Assembly: GCA_018992565.1 (NCBI GenBank)
Contig: JACVGW010000015.1
Coordinates: 1-41,151 of the forward strand
Source of the DNA: Theionarchaea archaeon
Lineage (GTDB): Archaea > Methanobacteriota_B > Thermococci > Methanofastidiosales > SZ-28-30
DNA length: 41,151 nucleotides
Direction of reading: 5' to 3'
A model generated the notes under the pieces. That model had not been told where the DNA came from and did not search any database. It saw nothing but the letters and a program-made list of their open reading frames with translations. Made by a program: the position numbers and the translations under genes. Positions 37,229 through 41,151 of this stretch are shown in pieces; position 1 is the first letter of the stretch, and each line of letters starts with the position of its first letter.

Positions 37229-38251
37229 GTGGAAATCAGGCACACGAAAACAATCAACGAGATTCTAGAATCCCAGTGGAGGAACCTTGTAGGTGACTGC
37301 AACGTTGAGCAATCATATCGCTGGTACCAGGTAGTTGAAGAGTCAAAAATGCGGAATATGCGCTACTGTACTCTCTGGGAAGGTAAAACCTTGAGAGCTG
37401 CTGTATGCTGCCATGTTCACATTCCTGAGACATTCTTCACCATACCGTTTCTGACAGCAGGGAGTCCTCTGGGATTGTCCTCCTCATTCTTCTCCAAATC
37501 CCCGGAAGAGACGATCCTCCTGATGGCGGGACTGGACGAGCTTTCCAGAGACGTGAAAGCAAAAGGATTCTTGCTACTCGATCAAACCCTGGATGACCTT
37601 CAGAGAATCAAGCCCCAATTGAAAGGATTTTCTCACTTTTCCATGCTTCCTAACACCTTTATTGATCTTAATTTTGCTGATTTCGAGGATTATCTTAATT
37701 CACTGGAGGGGAAGGCACGAAGAAGTGTGAGAGTGACGCTGAACAGGGGGCGGAGATTGAAGGTTGAGACTATTGTCACCAATGACTTTGAACGCTGGAA
37801 AGAGACTGCTCACCAGCTTCAGGAGTACACCTGCAAAGAGCATCACACCTTCATATCTTATTTGACAGAAGAGTTTTACTCTGCGGCGGAACACCACCTG
37901 AAAGAGAATGCTGAACTGATGTTGTGCCTGAAAGAGGAGATTCCTCTGGCCTTTGCCTTTGTGTTGACAACGCCAGATACAGTCCAGTACAAATTCTCAG
38001 GCATTGACCCCAGATACCGTGACCACCAGGCTTATTTTCTTCTGTACTATGAAGGAATAAGAAGAGCCATCCAGCAAAAGAAGAAGAGAATTTACTTCGG
38101 TACCACATCCTACGATTTCAAGGAAAAGATTGGCTGCAGAAGGGAAGACCACTATGGCATGGTCAAAATGACCAGCCCGGTGATAAATGCAGGGTTACGA
38201 TCTTTCGTCGCGCTCCTAAGAGGGCTGGGAATAAAGGAACTTCCCCTATAA
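37229..38251 (+). CDS. GNAT-fold (FemAB-like) acyltransferase
   Basis: 'DFEDYLNSLEGKARRSVR', 'YFLLYYEGIRRAI...IYFGTTSYDFKEKIGC'; GAGGTGA RBS. Confidence 0.78.
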   Translation: MEIRHTKTINEILESQWRNLVGDCNVEQSYRWYQVVEESKMRNMRYCTLWEGKTLRAAVCCHVHIPETFFTIPFLTAGSPLGLSSSFFSKSPEETILLMAGLDELSRDVKAKGFLLLDQTLDDLQRIKPQLKGFSHFSMLPNTFIDLNFADFEDYLNSLEGKARRSVRVTLNRGRRLKVETIVTNDFERWKETAHQLQEYTCKEHHTFISYLTEEFYSAAEHHLKENAELMLCLKEEIPLAFAFVLTTPDTVQYKFSGIDPRYRDHQAYFLLYYEGIRRAIQQKKKRIYFGTTSYDFKEKIGCRREDHYGMVKMTSPVINAGLRSFVALLRGLGIKELPL

Positions 38252-38281
38252 TCTTTTAAAGGCATAGTGCCTACAGTGTGC

Positions 38282-39958
38282 ATGCGTGCATTCTTCATTG
38301 CTCTATGCTCCATGCTGCTTCTTGCTTATAGTGGTGGCCAGTATGGAGGAACCCTGAACCTGGGATTTACCGTGGAAATGCAGACATTAGATCCCCACCG
38401 CATAACCGTGTTTTATGATGACTTTGACCTGTCTATATCTGCAGTAAACCAGGTTTTCGAAGGGCTCGTCTGCTATGAGAGTGGAACAGCAGAAATTGAA
38501 CCTTTGCTGGCAGAATCGTGGGATGTCTCAGAAAATGGGTTGGTCTATACGTTCCATTTGAGAAAGGACATCTACTGGCATGACGGGAATGATGTATTCA
38601 GTGAAGGAAAGTCCAGAGAAGTAAAAGCGCAGGATGTGGAATACTCCTGGAACAGGGCAGTGGCAAGCGACACCTTGTGCCCCATGAGAGATTTCTACTA
38701 TGACAATGCAAAGATTGACACGTGGGAGGCAACAGGATCATACACCTTCCAGGTAACATTAAAGCAGCCTAACCCGGGGTTCCTGTATATGCTGCCATTT
38801 CCGTGCTTCCTGGTGGTCCCAGAGGAAATCGACGTACGATATGGTAAGGAGGAGTTCTCAGCTCATGCCGTAGGGACAGGCCCCTTTGAAGTGGTACAGA
38901 AAGCACCTGTCATACTCAGGTACAATGAAGACTACTGGAAAGGAGAACCCTATGTTACTGAGATCCACTATACGTCATATTCGCCTGAAGAACTACTCAC
39001 CCAGTTCCAGAGAGGAACCCTTGACTGGTGCTCAGTCCCCTATGACCAGTGGGAGGAGTTCAGCTCATCAGTCACTGTGCGCGTTCCCAGACTGGAGATT
39101 CTCTACCTGGGCATGAACTGCCAGAAGAGCCCACTTCACGATATTCGAGTGAGACAGGCCATAAACTATGCATTAGACCCGGGAAAGAGTATCGAATCCA
39201 TTTATCAGGGAAAGGCTGTCCTTGCCACCTCAATTCTTCCTGAGGGGCTGGTATGTCACAAGAATAGAGAAGATTATTATGGTTATGACCCTGAAAAAGC
39301 AAGAAGACTCCTTGAGGAGTGCGGATATACGGGAAAGTCACACCTCACCATTGAGCTGAAATCCTCTGAAAGCTACATCCAGCAGCAGTTCAATGCCCTA
39401 TACAAAGAGCAGCTTGCTGAAGTGGGAGTAGATCTTGACCTGACCTACCTGGATGTGGGATCATTGTTGAGCGCAGTGGATTCTGGAGATACCCAGATGT
39501 TTACATTAGGATGGTATGTGGATTGGCCCTATCCCGATCAATTCCTGTTCCTGTTCCACAGTTCAACCTGGGGGCCTGGAGGGAACGGCGCTTTCTACGC
39601 CAACCAGGAAGTGGATAACTTGCTGGAAAGAGCGCGAAGAGAGCCAGATACCAGGAGTGCCTGCCAGTTATACCAGGAAGCAGAAGACCTCATTCTGCAG
39701 GATTCAGTCTGGATACTGCAGTGGCGAAGGGTGGATGGGTATGCTGTCCAGCAGTGGATCCAGAATTTCAATCCAGGACCCATGGGCAGTAAGTATGAGA
39801 GGTTGGATGAGGTGTGGATTTCTGATACTCACAGGCAGACCACCCGCATTCCTGAGAACGTGGAGGGCTCTTCATCTGGCGGGTTCTGTGCAGGAACGGG
39901 GGTTCTGGTGATTGCATGGATTCTCCTTATGGTGAGGAAAAAGACGGACTCAAAGTAG
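38282..39958 (+). CDS. ABC transporter peptide-binding protein (SBP family 5) with C-terminal membrane anchor
   Basis: 'TLDP', 'VFEGLV', 'PLLAESW', 'YTFHLRK', 'VGTGPF', 'RVRQAINYA'; C-terminal GFCAGT + hydrophobic helix + basic tail. Confidence 0.9.
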   Translation: MRAFFIALCSMLLLAYSGGQYGGTLNLGFTVEMQTLDPHRITVFYDDFDLSISAVNQVFEGLVCYESGTAEIEPLLAESWDVSENGLVYTFHLRKDIYWHDGNDVFSEGKSREVKAQDVEYSWNRAVASDTLCPMRDFYYDNAKIDTWEATGSYTFQVTLKQPNPGFLYMLPFPCFLVVPEEIDVRYGKEEFSAHAVGTGPFEVVQKAPVILRYNEDYWKGEPYVTEIHYTSYSPEELLTQFQRGTLDWCSVPYDQWEEFSSSVTVRVPRLEILYLGMNCQKSPLHDIRVRQAINYALDPGKSIESIYQGKAVLATSILPEGLVCHKNREDYYGYDPEKARRLLEECGYTGKSHLTIELKSSESYIQQQFNALYKEQLAEVGVDLDLTYLDVGSLLSAVDSGDTQMFTLGWYVDWPYPDQFLFLFHSSTWGPGGNGAFYANQEVDNLLERARREPDTRSACQLYQEAEDLILQDSVWILQWRRVDGYAVQQWIQNFNPGPMGSKYERLDEVWISDTHRQTTRIPENVEGSSSGGFCAGTGVLVIAWILLMVRKKTDSK

Positions 39959-39963
39959 AACCG

Positions 39964-40581
39964 TTAAAACCGGCACATCTTCAAAGTCCTATCCTCAGTA
40001 GACACTAAAGCATAGTAGCCTCTGGAGAATTCCCCAGGGTTGACCACCAGGGTATCACCAATGACATCATGACCCCTCCCCTCATGGATATGCCCACATA
40101 AGAGAAGAGCGGGATGTTTCTCTTCCACCACCTGCCTGAGCGCTGTACTTCCTGCATGTTTAATCCTGAATGCTCTATCAACTGCAGTATTGTGAGGAGG
40201 AACATGAGTAACGAGAATGGAACCTCCCTCCACATGGGACAGTGCGTCATAGATTTCCTGTTCTGTAACCTCAGAGGGGGTCTTTCCTCTGAAGTAGTTG
40301 GCTCCTCCCAGCCCGCACAATGTCTCATTATTCCGTCTTACTGTTTTCTCATGAAGGTTACATCCTTCTTCTTCCAGAACATCTACGACATCTTCATAGT
40401 CACAATTCCCGTGTACTGCCAGGTATGGGGCAGGGAAAGTGCTCAAAATGGAACGTGCCCGACCTGCGTGGCCGAAATGGGTAATATCGCCGCAGATTAC
40501 CAGGAGATCGTAGGAGACACTCTGCAAGCGTGAGATATACGTGGTGGTCCCGTGAAGGTCAGCTATGACACAAAGATTCAT
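39964..40581 (-). CDS. Calcineurin-like metallophosphoesterase
   Basis: 'ADLHG', 'CGDIT', 'HGNCD', 'THVPP', 'CGHIHE', 'VNPG'. Confidence 0.9.
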   Translation of the reverse strand: MNLCVIADLHGTTTYISRLQSVSYDLLVICGDITHFGHAGRARSILSTFPAPYLAVHGNCDYEDVVDVLEEEGCNLHEKTVRRNNETLCGLGGANYFRGKTPSEVTEQEIYDALSHVEGGSILVTHVPPHNTAVDRAFRIKHAGSTALRQVVEEKHPALLLCGHIHEGRGHDVIGDTLVVNPGEFSRGYYALVSTEDRTLKMCRF

Positions 40582-40715
40582 GTAGGAGAATAATCCACCG
40601 GGATAAAAAGGTTTTCAACTCGTCCTTACTGGAAGCTGGAAAATCACTACCTTTACGGCCAAGAAAAGAAATATTTATAAAGCTTGCCCACGAAAGGAAT
40701 GGTGAGGTGGTAGTA

Positions 40716-40925
40716 ATGGCATTATCAAGTCCTCCAATAGAACGACTAATAAGAAAGGGTGGAGCCGAGCGTGTATCAAGAAGGGCAGCAACAAAGCTTG
40801 CTGAAGTACTTGAAGAGTACGGTACAGAACTCTCGAGGAAAGCCATAGAATTCGCCCACCAGGAAAATAGAAAAACTATCAGAAAGGAAGACATTAGAAA
40901 GGCCGTCAAAGAACTTTCATGGTAA
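40716..40925 (+). CDS. Archaeal histone (HMf family)
   Basis: 69 aa; 'PIERLIRKGGAERVS...LEE...RKTIRKEDI'; GAGGTG RBS, TTTATAAA box upstream, gapless alignment to HMfB from memory. Confidence 0.93.
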   Translation: MALSSPPIERLIRKGGAERVSRRAATKLAEVLEEYGTELSRKAIEFAHQENRKTIRKEDIRKAVKELSW

Positions 40926-41151
40926 AAAAAGTGGCAATTTTGCTGCAAAAAAGGCGAAAAATGGTTTATTATTATATGGCGAAAGGTCACTTGAATTCTT
41001 CAAGAAGAGAGCTCACTACCAACGTATATATACCTCAGATTCAAGATCATATGTCCCTTCTTAGCGAGGACGTGCTTGATACATGAGAGCACGAGCAAGT
41101 GAAGGGATACAGCCCGCCACAGGGAGTTATCTGGAGAAGAGAAAAGGATTC

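Noticed and set aside
40926..41151. Possible gene or RNA at the window end
   Set aside because: Too little sequence; no recognisable ORF or RNA motif.

Overview
Archaeal genomic window (histone, Nop5/fibrillarin, archaeal RNase J, TATA promoters, GGTGA-type ribosome binding sites); a Thermococci-affiliated lineage such as Theionarchaea is plausible but only inferred. About 30 kb (1-30000), bracketed by two MFS transporters, is a large secondary-metabolite-like cluster: two radical SAM/SPASM enzymes, seven B12-binding radical SAM enzymes, a stand-alone PqqD/RRE, three glycosyltransferases, two deacetylases, an epimerase, an oxidoreductase, a methyltransferase and a PaaK-like adenylating ligase. 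Reading the intergenic DNA reveals things the ORF track misses: (i) four homologous 25-34 aa Cys-containing peptide genes, each with its own TATA box and RBS, around the first SPASM enzyme (candidate new archaeal RiPP family); (ii) two further short acidic peptides sharing ExPxIxxxEV; (iii) a box C/D guide RNA with non-canonical CCGA D boxes directly upstream of a divergent nop5-flpA pair inside the cluster, whose guides resemble the complement of the peptidyl-transferase-centre rRNA; (iv) a promoter-driven putative sRNA with a perfect 14-bp hairpin. The last 10 kb is mostly housekeeping/membrane genes and ends with a histone variant altered at tetramer-interface positions. A 100-N assembly gap lies at 18505-18604. 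All functional calls come from motif recognition by eye, not database searches.
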